Shown here: positions 1-9,973 of the stretch, one piece after another
Layout of the letters: every line of letters begins with the position of its first letter
Position numbering within the stretch: the first letter of the stretch is position 1
DNA from: Myxococcota bacterium
Lineage (GTDB): Bacteria; Myxococcota_A; UBA796; GCA-2862545
Direction: 5' to 3'
Length of the DNA: 64,000 nt
NCBI GenBank assembly: GCA_039208735.1
Contig: JBCCQY010000030.1
Span: 9,815-73,814, forward strand
Translations under genes and position numbers: made by a program
Notes under the pieces: generated by a model
Databases searched by the model: none
What the model was told of the DNA's origin: nothing
Seen by the model: only the letters and a program-made list of their open reading frames with translations

Positions 1-45
1 GGAGGGAGGAGAGATTCAAACGCTGGGCGCGTGCGCCCGAAAGAC

Positions 46-576
46 TTAGCCGCTGCCCTTGATGACGACGAAGCGGAAGTTGCCGAACTGCGCCTGGCCT
101 GCGGTGTACATGATTTCACGGACCACCGAAAACGGGATCCGCTTGTCCACCTGCAGCAGGATTTCGCCCTTAAAGCCGAGTTCATCGTTCTCGGCGCGCT
201 TCCCGATCTCCTTCGCGGTCTCGGCCTTCTCCTGAAGGATGTCGATGAGCTTGGTGATCTCCTGACCACGCTTCTCATCGTCGGGGATGGACAGGACTTC
301 CTCACCCGTCTCTTCGCTGATGCTGCGCTCGATGGCGAGCACGAACAGGCCGTCAACCACCAGATCCTTGCGCGAGACCACAACGTTGACGGCGAGCTTC
401 GCCGGCAGTTCCGCACTCGACACGGGGATTTGGAGATCTTCCGAGGCCGCAACCGAGACATCGTCGGTTTGGTAGCTCTTAAGCAGGAAGACAAGGATGA
501 TGGTCATCATGTCCATCATGGACGTGATGGTGAGGCCTGCATCCGCATTCTGACGGCGGGACTTCTTCTTTCCCAT
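46..576 (-). CDS. ExbD/TolR-family motor subunit (AglS-like)
   Basis: Single N-terminal TM LTITSMMDMMTIILVFLL with conserved Asp22; C-terminal ExbD-type motif ILLQVDKRIPFSVVREIMYTAGQAQF; follows a second ExbD and a TolQ homologue. Confidence 0.88.
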   Translation of the reverse strand: MGKKKSRRQNADAGLTITSMMDMMTIILVFLLKSYQTDDVSVAASEDLQIPVSSAELPAKLAVNVVVSRKDLVVDGLFVLAIERSISEETGEEVLSIPDDEKRGQEITKLIDILQEKAETAKEIGKRAENDELGFKGEILLQVDKRIPFSVVREIMYTAGQAQFGNFRFVVIKGSG

Positions 577-585
577 TTCAGGACC

Positions 586-1116
586 TCACTGCATGCCGCC
601 GGCGATCACAACGCCGGGAAAGAGTTGACGGGGGAGACCGCCATCGCCCTTCGTCTCAGGGTCCTCACGAGTCGCATCCATGGTCATGACCAGGACCTCG
701 TAAGGAATCGTCGACTCGGGGACGAGAATGACGTTCTCTTCGTCTTCGTTGACGTCCTTCACCTTGATGAGGAGCTCGCGGAGCTCTGCGACATCATAGG
801 CTTCCGCGCCGGGACATCCGGTCTGCTTGCAGTCGATCACGACACCTTTGGTCTCGCCATCGCCTTTCAGCAGCTCGTCATTGCCCTGAACCACAAAGCC
901 TTCGTCGGTCACCGCGACTTTGAGCGAAAGCGGCGGCTCATCTGTGTCTTCCTCAACCTCTTGCTCTTGGCCGATGGCCGGAAGCGTAGAGTTGATCACC
1001 GCCAAGCTGACGAACGAAGACGCCATCAACAGGAACGGGATGAGGATTGTCACCAGGTTCATGATGGGGACCAGGTCGAGGTCTTCGGCCTGTTCTCCCC
1101 GCTTGCCCTTGGCCAT
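586..1116 (-). CDS. ExbD/TolR-family motor subunit (AglQ-like), TM Asp replaced by Asn
   Basis: LDLVPIMNLVTILIPFLL TM segment; VILVPESTIPYEVLVMTMDATR ExbD-type motif. Confidence 0.85.
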   Translation of the reverse strand: MAKGKRGEQAEDLDLVPIMNLVTILIPFLLMASSFVSLAVINSTLPAIGQEQEVEEDTDEPPLSLKVAVTDEGFVVQGNDELLKGDGETKGVVIDCKQTGCPGAEAYDVAELRELLIKVKDVNEDEENVILVPESTIPYEVLVMTMDATREDPETKGDGGLPRQLFPGVVIAGGMQ

Positions 1117-1142
1117 GTGGCCCTCCGGTCCGAGGCCCTAGC

Positions 1143-1802
1143 CTAGGCTTCCGCCGCGGCGTCGTCCTTGAGGTTGCCGCGACGACGCGCCGTGAGGAGG
1201 TTGATGGTCTTGAGACCGAACTGGTCGATGTCATCGAGGATCTTGTTCGACCGGTTGGTGACGATGGAGTGCAGCACCAGGGTGGGGATGGCGACCATCA
1301 GCCCGCCCGCAGTGGTGAACATGGCGACCGAGATGCCGTTGGCGAGAAGGGTCTGCTTGGTTTCGGCAGACGCGTTGGCCACGGCCTGGAACGCGATGAC
1401 AAGGCCCATGATGGTGCCGAGGAGGCCGGTCAGCGTCGCGATGTTCGCGAGCATGGCCAAATACGCGGTGCGCTTGTTGATGAGGGGGCCCACTTCGAGG
1501 GTGGCTTCCTCAATCGAGTTCTCGATCTCCTTCTCGGACCGGTTGGCGCGCGTGAGGCCCGCCTTGACGACGCGCGGAAGCGCCGCGTGGGGCTCTGCGT
1601 TGCAGAGCTTGATGGCGCGGTCGATGTTGTTGGCCATGATCAGCTTCTGGACCTGGGCCATGAACGCGGTCGAATTAATGTTGGCACGGAAGACGATGTA
1701 GAACAGCCGTTCGAAGGCGATCGCCATCGCGAACACGCCGACGATCAGGATGACGTACATGAACGGTCCGCCTTCCTGGAACATCGTAATCGGACTGACC
1801 AT
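1143..1802 (-). CDS. MotA/TolQ/ExbB proton-channel protein (AglR-like)
   Basis: GG-FM N-terminus, three TM segments, NIATLTGLLGTIMGL and GISVAMFTTAGGLMVAIP motifs; GGGAGGA SD upstream. Confidence 0.92.
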   Translation of the reverse strand: MVSPITMFQEGGPFMYVILIVGVFAMAIAFERLFYIVFRANINSTAFMAQVQKLIMANNIDRAIKLCNAEPHAALPRVVKAGLTRANRSEKEIENSIEEATLEVGPLINKRTAYLAMLANIATLTGLLGTIMGLVIAFQAVANASAETKQTLLANGISVAMFTTAGGLMVAIPTLVLHSIVTNRSNKILDDIDQFGLKTINLLTARRRGNLKDDAAAEA

Positions 1803-1910
1803 CTCTCATTCCTCCCAAAAGGTCCTGAAGTCCGGGGTTCTCTCTTGCAAGCCCTTTGTTCTGGGCAATCCCGGCGCTCCAACGGATGTGCGAATCTACT
1901 CTCTGCTCGA

Positions 1911-2016
1911 CCCCCGGCCCATGCCAAGGTGTCAGGAGCCTGTCAGACCTTGCCATGGACGGGGGATGCTGACGTTGGACCTCGGTGGCCCGAGGCCGTT
2001 CGTCAAGGTCTCGTCA
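1911..2016. promoter_or_regulatory. Imperfect inverted repeat plus two pairs of 11-bp-spaced direct repeats upstream of the motor genes
   Basis: Inverted repeat 1911-1965; TGTCAG at 1930 and 1941; TCGTCA at 2000 and 2011. Confidence 0.35.
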
Positions 2017-2030
2017 GGGACCTCCCGTCC

Positions 2031-2255
2031 CTAAAACGGCGCGCTTTCCACCGACTGAATGATCTTGTCGAGAAAACTCTCCTCGAGCTTCAACTCGTAG
2101 GCCTTATTCAGGTTCTCACGCGAGATGACCACGGTAATCTCGGGCTTGAGAATCTCTCCGACAATCACGAAGTCGTCGTCGGCAGCCCCGGAGGTAGTCG
2201 GCACGACGAGCGTGAGAACGACGAGGACCAGGAGTCCCCACAGACGACGGTTCAT
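2031..2255 (-). CDS. Small exported protein, GltF/CglF/NfsF-like
   Basis: Signal peptide then IVGEILKPE...ESFLDKIIQSVESAPF, resembling the IxGx3KP...F-x2-K-x3-SV-x3-PF pattern I recall for GltF/NfsF-type proteins; directly after a GltE-like TPR lipoprotein (ATGA overlap). Confidence 0.65.
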   Translation of the reverse strand: MNRRLWGLLVLVVLTLVVPTTSGAADDDFVIVGEILKPEITVVISRENLNKAYELKLEESFLDKIIQSVESAPF

Positions 2256-3526
2256 GGTGTTTCCTCTTGCGGATCAGGGGGCGGTGCCTCGTCGGGCGCT
2301 TCGGTCGGAGGCGGTTCTGCGGTGGCATCACCTTCCGTTTGGCGCAGCAGCTCCTGCTCTCGCTGACGTTCGAGTTCGCGCTGCTTGCGAGCCGCTTCTG
2401 CCTTCGCCCGTCGTTCCGCGGTCTCGCGTTCCTTGTTGACGGCAGCGATGTAGGTTTGCGCCCGCTCTGGCTCGGCACCACCGGCGTCCAGATACCGGTT
2501 GAAGGCAGCGACCGAAGCCTCGTACTCCTTCAAGGAATCTCCAAGCAAGATCCCAAGATTGAACCATGGATCTGGGCTCTCGGGAGCCAGTTTGAGCGCG
2601 GTTTCGTAGGCTTGCTTGGCCTCGTCGAACCGTTCCATGCCCCGATACGCAATCCCCAGATTGAGATGGACGTCCGGATTGTCTGGATCTTGCTTTAAGG
2701 CAGTCTCGAGAAGGGGAATCATATCCCCGTAGTTTCGGTCCTCGAGGTAGACCGTGGCGAGGTAGACCAAGGCAGGGACCAAGTCTGGCTCGAGTTCCAC
2801 GGCCTTGAGCAACGACTGAATCGCGGCAGGCTTGTTTCCGTCGAGGTAGTGCGACCACCCCAGATTCGTATGCAAGTACGCGTTTGCACTGGCTCCTTCG
2901 ACGGACTGCAATGCCTTTTGAAGGATGAATCGTGCCAACGTCATCTCACCCTTGTCGAGGTACGCAAGAGCGAAGTTGTTGTAGACGGGCAGCGAACTTG
3001 CGTTGACCTTCAGCGCGGCTTTCGCCTCGGCAATGGCATCGTCGGGTCGCCCCAAGGTCCGGAGCACCTGAATGAGCGCCACCCGGGCACCCATGTTTTC
3101 CGAGTCCACGCCAAGCGCATCTCGATACACCGATACCGCTTGATTCGGACGGTCCAGTTGCTCAAGCGCCGATCCTTTGTACACCCAGGCCTCGGCCCAA
3201 TCCGGATGCATGGCCAAGACCGTGTCGTACCGAGGCACCGCCTCCGCTAACTTTCCTAGTTTCTGCAGCGCGATTCCGAGATTCAACTCGGTCGCCCCTC
3301 CAGGGTCCTCGGGAAGGCATTGGGTCAGGATAGCGACGGCAAGCGTCAGATCATCGACTGTGCCGGACTGGATCTTCTCGATCGCGAGGGCCAGCTTGTC
3401 CGCCAATGGTGCATTCGGGTCGAATGTCCCCTCGGTGGGCGCATTCACTACGGTCTCGGCCGGGGCCACCGGCGGCGTCTTCTTTCCGCATCCCAGCAGC
3501 AACCCCAAGGCAAGCCAAGGTCTCAT
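2252..3526 (-). CDS. TPR lipoprotein (GltE/AglT/NfsE-like)
   Basis: Lipobox LLGC, many TPR repeats (HLNLGIAY, WFNLGIL), charged coiled-coil and Pro-rich tail. Confidence 0.8.
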   Translation of the reverse strand: MRPWLALGLLLGCGKKTPPVAPAETVVNAPTEGTFDPNAPLADKLALAIEKIQSGTVDDLTLAVAILTQCLPEDPGGATELNLGIALQKLGKLAEAVPRYDTVLAMHPDWAEAWVYKGSALEQLDRPNQAVSVYRDALGVDSENMGARVALIQVLRTLGRPDDAIAEAKAALKVNASSLPVYNNFALAYLDKGEMTLARFILQKALQSVEGASANAYLHTNLGWSHYLDGNKPAAIQSLLKAVELEPDLVPALVYLATVYLEDRNYGDMIPLLETALKQDPDNPDVHLNLGIAYRGMERFDEAKQAYETALKLAPESPDPWFNLGILLGDSLKEYEASVAAFNRYLDAGGAEPERAQTYIAAVNKERETAERRAKAEAARKQRELERQREQELLRQTEGDATAEPPPTEAPDEAPPPDPQEETP

Positions 3527-6500
3527 GGCGCCTCCTCGGACGGAGCAGGGGGCAGCTCGGCCAACCCGTCGAGGGTGCGGGGCACCAGTTCGACGGGGAT
3601 CGACGAGTCCGTCCCCCCCTGGATTTCATTCTTGATCGCAGGGAAGTCACTGGGGCGACGACGATTCAGCTCGTTGTAGGCTGCATCGATAAAGCGGGAG
3701 TGCCGCTTCTGCTCTTTGGCCGCGTCGGTAAGCTGCTCGAGGCGTCTTAGGCCGACTTCCTCAATCTCGTAGTACTGTGGAAAGACCTTCTCTTGCAGGA
3801 TGTCTTCGTACAACCAGCAGTCTTCTTCAGCCATTCCCGAGGGACACTGGATCGAAAGCCCAAGGTCCGCAAAGTAGAGCGCCGCTTGGCCTTGAAGGAG
3901 CAGGGCCCCAGAAACGTATTCGAAGCTTCGATAGCGATCGATGAACGTCTTGATCTCTGCCTCGAGATCCTTGAGCTGCGCGGGCTTGGTCTGGTTGAGA
4001 AGCGCTGCGTCACGGGTCTCATTGCCCGTGAGCTGGTCGGCGCTAAACGCAGCAAACGTGCGCTCGAGGGTCGGGAACGCGGTGGCGGCGGCGTACCGAT
4101 GCCCATTCGCCCCAATCTCGGCCCCCGCTGCCGCCAGCTTGTCAAAGGTGTCGACAATGACCTGGTCCTGCTTGTTGACCTGACGAAGCCGGGCCCCTTG
4201 CTGCCGGAGCAGCTGCCCAATCTTGTACTGGCTCTCGATGACGTGATCTGGGTTTTCGCTGGGGTATTTGCGCAGGTACCGGCGATAGAAGGCCAACGCT
4301 TCGTCGGCTCCCACCGCTTCCCATTGTTCACCCGCAAGCCAAAGAATCGCCTCGCGATCTTGTTGATCGGGGTACTTCGCCTCGTAGATCTCGAAGCCCT
4401 CGGCGGCCTCCCGATGGCGCTTGAGCCCGATCAGCAGAAACGATCGGTTGAACTGTGCATCCGCCTGCTCGGAAGACGACGCATCGGGATGGTCGAGCAA
4501 TCGGTCATAGTAGTCTTCGGCTTTCGCAAGCTCGAATGCGGATTCGTAGTTGGCCGCGATCCGGAAGAGCAATCCGAGCGACCGCTTATCCTTTGGATAG
4601 TCCTGGACAAACTGCTCATACATCGCGTTCGACTGCTCGATCTTTCCCGCCCGCTGGTAGTAGAACGCTGCGTTGTACAGCGCATCCGAATCGAACTCCG
4701 ACGAAGGAAATTCCTCTCGGAACGCCAAGAACGCCTCGGCCGCCTTCATGTTGTCCCCTCGATCGGCATGGGACATCGCAAGCTGGAACGTCGAGCCCTC
4801 CAACGTGCCCCGAAACCGCTCGGGATCGATGTCCGTCGCAGGACCAGGAGGATTCACCGTAAAGCGCATCGTGGCTTGCCGGACCTGCTCCAAGTCGCCC
4901 TCGGCGAGGTAGCTGTCCACGAGCAACCCTGCCGCGTAGTTGGCTTCGATACTGCGCGGATAATCCGCAATCAGGGACTCAAAGCGTTTGCGCGCGTCCG
5001 CATATCGACGGTGGTGAAACAGGATTTGCGAAGTCAGGTACATGAGCGAAGGACGCTTGTTTTCGACTTCGGAGGCGTAGTCGGGAAGGTCGGGGTCCAC
5101 GGCCTCCGAGAACGTGTGCTGGACCACCCGATCCGCAGCGTCGATGAACGCAATCCGCTCGTCGCTTAGCGCCAGTACCTCGACCGTCTCGCCGAACGCG
5201 GTCTCTTCCGTCCGCTCCACCACCGGCTCGGCCGGCGGTGCATTGGGGTCGTGCCCCAGTGCCGTCATCAGCTGGTAACGGACGTCCATCGTCGAATACA
5301 ACGCCGCATCGCCGTAGGGGTGGTACCGACGGCTCTTGAACAACGATGCATACTCGGCCAGCGCACCGTCGTAGTCCTGGCCGAGCTTGAGGGAGTCGGC
5401 CAGGAACCAAGCCTGCTTGTAGTAGTCGTCCGAAATGGGGAACCGGTCGACATAGGCGCGATACTTGCTGGCAGCGAGCAGGAATTCCTCTGGCGACCCC
5501 GAGTCTTGCGCGCGCACCCGATACTCGATGGCGACGTCCAACAGGGAACTTTCGATGAAGCTGCGAGCGACCGCGAGCGCTTCGGGGTCGCTCCGGTTGG
5601 CGTCCCACCACGCGGAACCTTCGACGTACCGTTCGATGAACTCAAGCCGTTCTTCACCGGCCTTCTGCAGGTCTCGAGCCACGCCAGACTGCAACTGCTT
5701 GATGAGTTCGATCTGGTGTTTGGGATTGTCGGGCTCCATCGTCCAGCGTTCGTCGTTTTGGAGCACATCGTAGGTGGCCATCGCCTCTTCGGGACGTGTG
5801 TAGCGCAACAGCACGTCGGCCAGCTCGATGAACACATCGCGCTCGAAGGGTCGGGCTCCGATCTTGGTGAAGTACCGCTGTGCGATGACCTCGGCCGGCT
5901 CATCGAGGTCGTAGCCGAGGTCGGCAAACGAAAATGCCATGAACCGACGGGCATCTGGAGCAAAAGCACTCACCCGACCGGTATCGAGCTTTTGCTGATG
6001 AGATGCATCGAGCAGCTCGGTGAATAACGCCAACGCAGAGTCGAACTCATTGAGCTTGTAGCGAGCCCACGCGAGCTGATAGAGGCCTTCCATGTAGTAC
6101 TTCGACGCGGCGCCCTTTTCGTACACCGCCTCGTAATGGGCGATGGCCTCATCATAGAGGTTGTCTGCAAAGGCGAAGTTGCCCAAGAAGAGGTGGGCGC
6201 GGTCGGCCAGCTCCGAATCTGCCGTCACCGCGATAATGTCGGCGAAGGCCTGTTTCGCGAGGGCCTCGTCATACTGAACGTTGTTCGAGTCGTTGTAGAC
6301 GAACCCCATCATCAGGTAGGTGCCGTCGAGACGTTCGTACCGGTCGCGTGGCGACCGCGGGAGGTTGTCATCGATGATGGTCTGGTACAGCGACAACGAC
6401 TCAGAGAGGTCACGAAGCGGCTGTTCGCCTAGTGCTTCCAACTCCTCTTCCGACAGGTCCGGATTGTCGAGCTGCTCAAAGTACGTCGCGGCTTCTTCCT

Positions 6501-6849
6501 GCCACCGCTCACTCGCCCGCTCATACAACAGGTCGGCAAGGCGAAACCGTACGTGCGAGGCGTACGCCGTGTGAGGATAGCGGGACAAGAACAGTTCGAA
6601 ATTGGTGATCGCCGTTTCGCGCTGCACGCGCTCCGCGCTCCGCAGTTCGGCCAACCGGGGCTCCAGCTCCGCGAGGATGGCCGCGCGTTCTTCTTCCTCC
6701 CGCAGATCGACGTAGGCACGGGTATCGGCGTCCAGCTCCCCCATGCGTTCGACGAAGCGCTGGCGGGCGTCGGCGTGGGCCCCCCGTTCATCCATGGTGG
6801 CCACTTCGGCGGACTGCGCACCCAGGACAGCCAACAGCAAACCGGTCAC
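3523..6849 (-). CDS. Large exported TPR protein (GltD/AgmU/NfsD-like)
   Basis: 1108 aa with BamD/YbgF-type TPR units (FRLADLLY, YQLAWARY, ALYNAAFYY); 4-bp overlaps with both neighbours. Confidence 0.8.
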   Translation of the reverse strand: MTGLLLAVLGAQSAEVATMDERGAHADARQRFVERMGELDADTRAYVDLREEEERAAILAELEPRLAELRSAERVQRETAITNFELFLSRYPHTAYASHVRFRLADLLYERASERWQEEAATYFEQLDNPDLSEEELEALGEQPLRDLSESLSLYQTIIDDNLPRSPRDRYERLDGTYLMMGFVYNDSNNVQYDEALAKQAFADIIAVTADSELADRAHLFLGNFAFADNLYDEAIAHYEAVYEKGAASKYYMEGLYQLAWARYKLNEFDSALALFTELLDASHQQKLDTGRVSAFAPDARRFMAFSFADLGYDLDEPAEVIAQRYFTKIGARPFERDVFIELADVLLRYTRPEEAMATYDVLQNDERWTMEPDNPKHQIELIKQLQSGVARDLQKAGEERLEFIERYVEGSAWWDANRSDPEALAVARSFIESSLLDVAIEYRVRAQDSGSPEEFLLAASKYRAYVDRFPISDDYYKQAWFLADSLKLGQDYDGALAEYASLFKSRRYHPYGDAALYSTMDVRYQLMTALGHDPNAPPAEPVVERTEETAFGETVEVLALSDERIAFIDAADRVVQHTFSEAVDPDLPDYASEVENKRPSLMYLTSQILFHHRRYADARKRFESLIADYPRSIEANYAAGLLVDSYLAEGDLEQVRQATMRFTVNPPGPATDIDPERFRGTLEGSTFQLAMSHADRGDNMKAAEAFLAFREEFPSSEFDSDALYNAAFYYQRAGKIEQSNAMYEQFVQDYPKDKRSLGLLFRIAANYESAFELAKAEDYYDRLLDHPDASSSEQADAQFNRSFLLIGLKRHREAAEGFEIYEAKYPDQQDREAILWLAGEQWEAVGADEALAFYRRYLRKYPSENPDHVIESQYKIGQLLRQQGARLRQVNKQDQVIVDTFDKLAAAGAEIGANGHRYAAATAFPTLERTFAAFSADQLTGNETRDAALLNQTKPAQLKDLEAEIKTFIDRYRSFEYVSGALLLQGQAALYFADLGLSIQCPSGMAEEDCWLYEDILQEKVFPQYYEIEEVGLRRLEQLTDAAKEQKRHSRFIDAAYNELNRRRPSDFPAIKNEIQGGTDSSIPVELVPRTLDGLAELPPAPSEEAP

Positions 6850-9122
6850 GGCGAATCTCCAAGCTTAGACCGAATAAGTTCGAACCTTCGTTCGAGTTCA
6901 CCCGTCCGCACTTCCTGCTCGGCCTTGGTTTGACCGATCGCATCGGACTGCTTGAGCTTGCGCGCCCAATGGACGTCCACGATGCCCATGTCAGCCTTCT
7001 CCATCGAGGAGGCAAAGAAGTCTTCGAGCCGTCCAAACCCGCTACGGGTGAGCCGGGACGATACCGAGCGTGCTGCATCGAGGGTGCCCGAGTACGCAGC
7101 CCGTTGCGCTCCGACCGCCGAGACCTCGGCATCGAACTGGCTCTGCAAGCGGCCCAACTCCCCGTCCGCCGCCTCACCGATGAGCCTCAGCACCTTGCCG
7201 AGGTCGGCGTAGCCCGTTTCGAGCACCTCATCGGTGGTTTCGATCCGGGCCAGCAGGATCTGAGCGGCCTCGTCGGCGGGCCATTCCGCGACGAGCTGCT
7301 GGGTGAGCCGGCCCACCGCCCCTTCGTGCACGTCGAAAAGACTGTAAGGCACTCGGTCGATGTCATGAGGCACCGGGGTGTTCACAATCGCCGTCTCAAG
7401 CGCGGCCAGATCGACGCGTTCCGCTGCGATGCTCGACTTGAGCTGTTGAGCGCGATTCACCAACACCGGGTCGATGGCCTCGCCCCCATCCGATTGCAGC
7501 GCCAGCCGGGTGGTGACGGTCGAAAGCTCATCGCTCATCGCGTCAACCCGTTCACGGACCCGAGCCGCCTCCGAACGCCGCCGCCCAACCTCTTTTTCGT
7601 ACCGGTTCAACGATGCACGGGCTGCCTCGACGGTCGCCTGAGGCCGTTCGAGGTCCGAAAGCAACTGTTGACGGCGCTCGGCCAGGGCCAAAATGCGCTC
7701 GGGGGCCATGCCTGGCTGATCGGTCAGCCACGCGATCTGGAGTTCAGCCAACCCCAAACGCTGTTCGAGGATCTGCCCCCGTTGGTACATCGCCTGGGCA
7801 CGCAGCGACGTGAACGAACCCAATCCCTGCGCGTTCAGGAAGACCTGGAGGTCCTTGATGAGTCGATCGGAGGCGTCGAGGGCCTTGCGCTGTTGGTCCA
7901 GGTCTTCGAACACCTCGACCGCCCTGGCGAGTAGCGGATCTTCCCGCATCATCGACACGGCGTAGTCCGGCAGGCCCGAGGCCCCTCGCAGGTCCTCGAT
8001 CACCTCACGCACCTCGGCGTTGGTGTCCGATCCGGGCTCCGACAAGGCCTGGAACCGGTCATGGACGGGACGGTATTCGCGAATGACACGCTCGTAGCTG
8101 GTCAGGGCTGAGTCCCAGTTCTGATCCTGAACGTGCAGGTGGCCGCGAAGAAGGAGCAACTGGGCCGCGTACTCATGGTTGGGAAACGCCATGAGAAAGA
8201 CCTCGACGTTGTGGATGGCCTCCATCCACCGCTCCTGACGAATCGACGCCCAGATCGTCTCGTAGAGCTTGTCATCGAGGAGTTCGCCGTCGGTGCTTAC
8301 CTCGGCGTAGCGTTGCGATGCCTTCGCAAAGTCGCCGCTGTGGTAGTGCAGGCGCCCCAATGCGAGCAATGCGCGGTCCTTGACCTGGCCATCGACCTCG
8401 GTGCGAACCTTGCGGGCCACCACTCCTTGAAACACCTCGATGGCCCGTTCCAGTTCGCCCTGTTGGGTGGCGATGACGCCCAGAAAGTACTGGCTTCGCG
8501 ATGCGAACGGGTCACTGTCCGGCAGCGAGGCAAAGGCTTGCTGGGCGGCACTGAGGTCGCCCTGTTGGTAGTGTCCCTTCGCCAAGGCGTAGAGCACTTG
8601 GCCCGTCGGTTTCACGCGTCCCGACGCGATTTCGCGCTCGTAGACGGCGAGGAATGCAGACCGGTCCCGAACCGCGGCGTACACCTCGAGAAGTTTGCGC
8701 ACGGCATCGGCGTAGAACGGGTGCTTGCGATCGCGGACCACGGCCTCGAAACGCTCGGCCGCCGCGTGGAGGTTGCCCATGGCCAGCAACGATTCGGCAT
8801 ACGTCCATTCGGCATCACGACGCATGCCCGCGTCCGCGAACGCGTTGGTCGACAACAGGGTGTAAAGCGACTCTGCCGCCCGTTCCGAGTCGCCGACCAT
8901 CTGTAGGAACACGGCCTCGTCGAATCGCGCCGACACTTCTTCGGGACTGAGCGGAGACGTTGGCCCCACCTGGCCCCTAAGGTTGTCGACCACCCGAGCG
9001 ATGGCGACGGCCTCTCGGTCGAACACCTCCAACCGAGATTCGATCGAAGAGGCCTCGGCGCTCGGCAGGACACCGAACCACCCCAGCCCCAACCCCAGGC
9101 ACGCTTCAGTCAGCCGGCGCAT
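6846..9122 (-). CDS. Exported TPR/coiled-coil protein (GltC-like)
   Basis: Start trimmed to MRRLTEACLG (signal peptide); TPR repeats (ALLALGRLHY, LYETIWAS), long coiled-coil C-terminus with ADMGIVDVHW. Confidence 0.72.
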   Translation of the reverse strand: MRRLTEACLGLGLGWFGVLPSAEASSIESRLEVFDREAVAIARVVDNLRGQVGPTSPLSPEEVSARFDEAVFLQMVGDSERAAESLYTLLSTNAFADAGMRRDAEWTYAESLLAMGNLHAAAERFEAVVRDRKHPFYADAVRKLLEVYAAVRDRSAFLAVYEREIASGRVKPTGQVLYALAKGHYQQGDLSAAQQAFASLPDSDPFASRSQYFLGVIATQQGELERAIEVFQGVVARKVRTEVDGQVKDRALLALGRLHYHSGDFAKASQRYAEVSTDGELLDDKLYETIWASIRQERWMEAIHNVEVFLMAFPNHEYAAQLLLLRGHLHVQDQNWDSALTSYERVIREYRPVHDRFQALSEPGSDTNAEVREVIEDLRGASGLPDYAVSMMREDPLLARAVEVFEDLDQQRKALDASDRLIKDLQVFLNAQGLGSFTSLRAQAMYQRGQILEQRLGLAELQIAWLTDQPGMAPERILALAERRQQLLSDLERPQATVEAARASLNRYEKEVGRRRSEAARVRERVDAMSDELSTVTTRLALQSDGGEAIDPVLVNRAQQLKSSIAAERVDLAALETAIVNTPVPHDIDRVPYSLFDVHEGAVGRLTQQLVAEWPADEAAQILLARIETTDEVLETGYADLGKVLRLIGEAADGELGRLQSQFDAEVSAVGAQRAAYSGTLDAARSVSSRLTRSGFGRLEDFFASSMEKADMGIVDVHWARKLKQSDAIGQTKAEQEVRTGELERRFELIRSKLGDSP

Positions 9123-9948
9123 TGTCGTCCCTCGCGTCGCGGGGCCGCACCTTGTCGGCCTTCTTCTTTTTGCGGCCTCCGGAGCGCTCTTCGGGTGCCT
9201 CTCCATCCGTCTCGCGGAAGATGTGCTTGCGCTCGTCGTAGCGGACGGTGGGTCGCTCTTCGAAGTTGCGGAAGCCCCCCCGACTGTCCACCACCACCCG
9301 AATCAGCGAGACCTTTCCTTCCTCGATGGTGAACTGGTAGGAAGACTGCACCTTGAATTGGAAGGACTCGAGGTAGCTGAAGATGCGAAAGCCGCGCCCG
9401 CGAAGCACCAGGTTCACCTGAAGCGTGTGAGGGCCCGCGGCCAGGGGTTGTTCGTGAAACTTCAGTTCTTGGATTTCATCGAGCGACCCATCAGGGTCGA
9501 TGCGCGTAAAAACGTTCTTGCCATCGATGAAGTACTGGACCGACTCAAGGCCATAGCCACCACCAAGGTCGTTGACGTGCCACAGCACCACCCGCGATCC
9601 GGAGGCCGCAGCGTCGACCACGAGTTCCTTGAGAAGTTTGAGGGTGGCTTTGGAGCGAAACACCCGCTCCTTCAACTGCCCCACTTCCTCTTCCACGGAG
9701 CGGAGCTCGCGGTGAAACTCCGATGCGGCGTGACGTCGAGCCGCACCCGTCTCTTCGACGTTGCGGTCGACGGCGGCCGTCGCATCCGATTCATCGCTCG
9801 CCTCTAAGGCCTCCTCAGCAGGCGGTTCAGCCGGCGGAGATGGCTCGGCCCGGGCATCTGGGTCGGCAGGCTGGGCCAGGACCGCAGGCCCGCCGAGGCA
9901 CAGCCAACCGACGAGGGCGCAGCTTAGCGCAAAGCGGACCACTGACAA
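9106..9948 (-). CDS. Exported coiled-coil plus beta-sandwich protein of the TPR cluster
   Basis: Signal peptide, Pro/Glu linker, coiled coil (LKERVFRSKATLKLLKELV), beta-rich C-domain; overlaps next gene. Confidence 0.7.
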   Translation of the reverse strand: MSVVRFALSCALVGWLCLGGPAVLAQPADPDARAEPSPPAEPPAEEALEASDESDATAAVDRNVEETGAARRHAASEFHRELRSVEEEVGQLKERVFRSKATLKLLKELVVDAAASGSRVVLWHVNDLGGGYGLESVQYFIDGKNVFTRIDPDGSLDEIQELKFHEQPLAAGPHTLQVNLVLRGRGFRIFSYLESFQFKVQSSYQFTIEEGKVSLIRVVVDSRGGFRNFEERPTVRYDERKHIFRETDGEAPEERSGGRKKKKADKVRPRDARDDNAPAD

Positions 9949-9973
9949 ACGACGCCTCCAAACAGCTCGTTTG

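Noticed and set aside
26..40. GGGCG-CACG-CGCCC hairpin after the last motor gene
   Set aside because: Short stem with weak U-tract at the window edge; cannot be supported as a terminator.
31..2366. Long plus-strand ORFs (31-1146, 1269-2366) and similar antisense ORFs throughout
   Set aside because: Shadow frames of well-supported opposite-strand genes, expected in high-GC DNA; no recognisable motifs.
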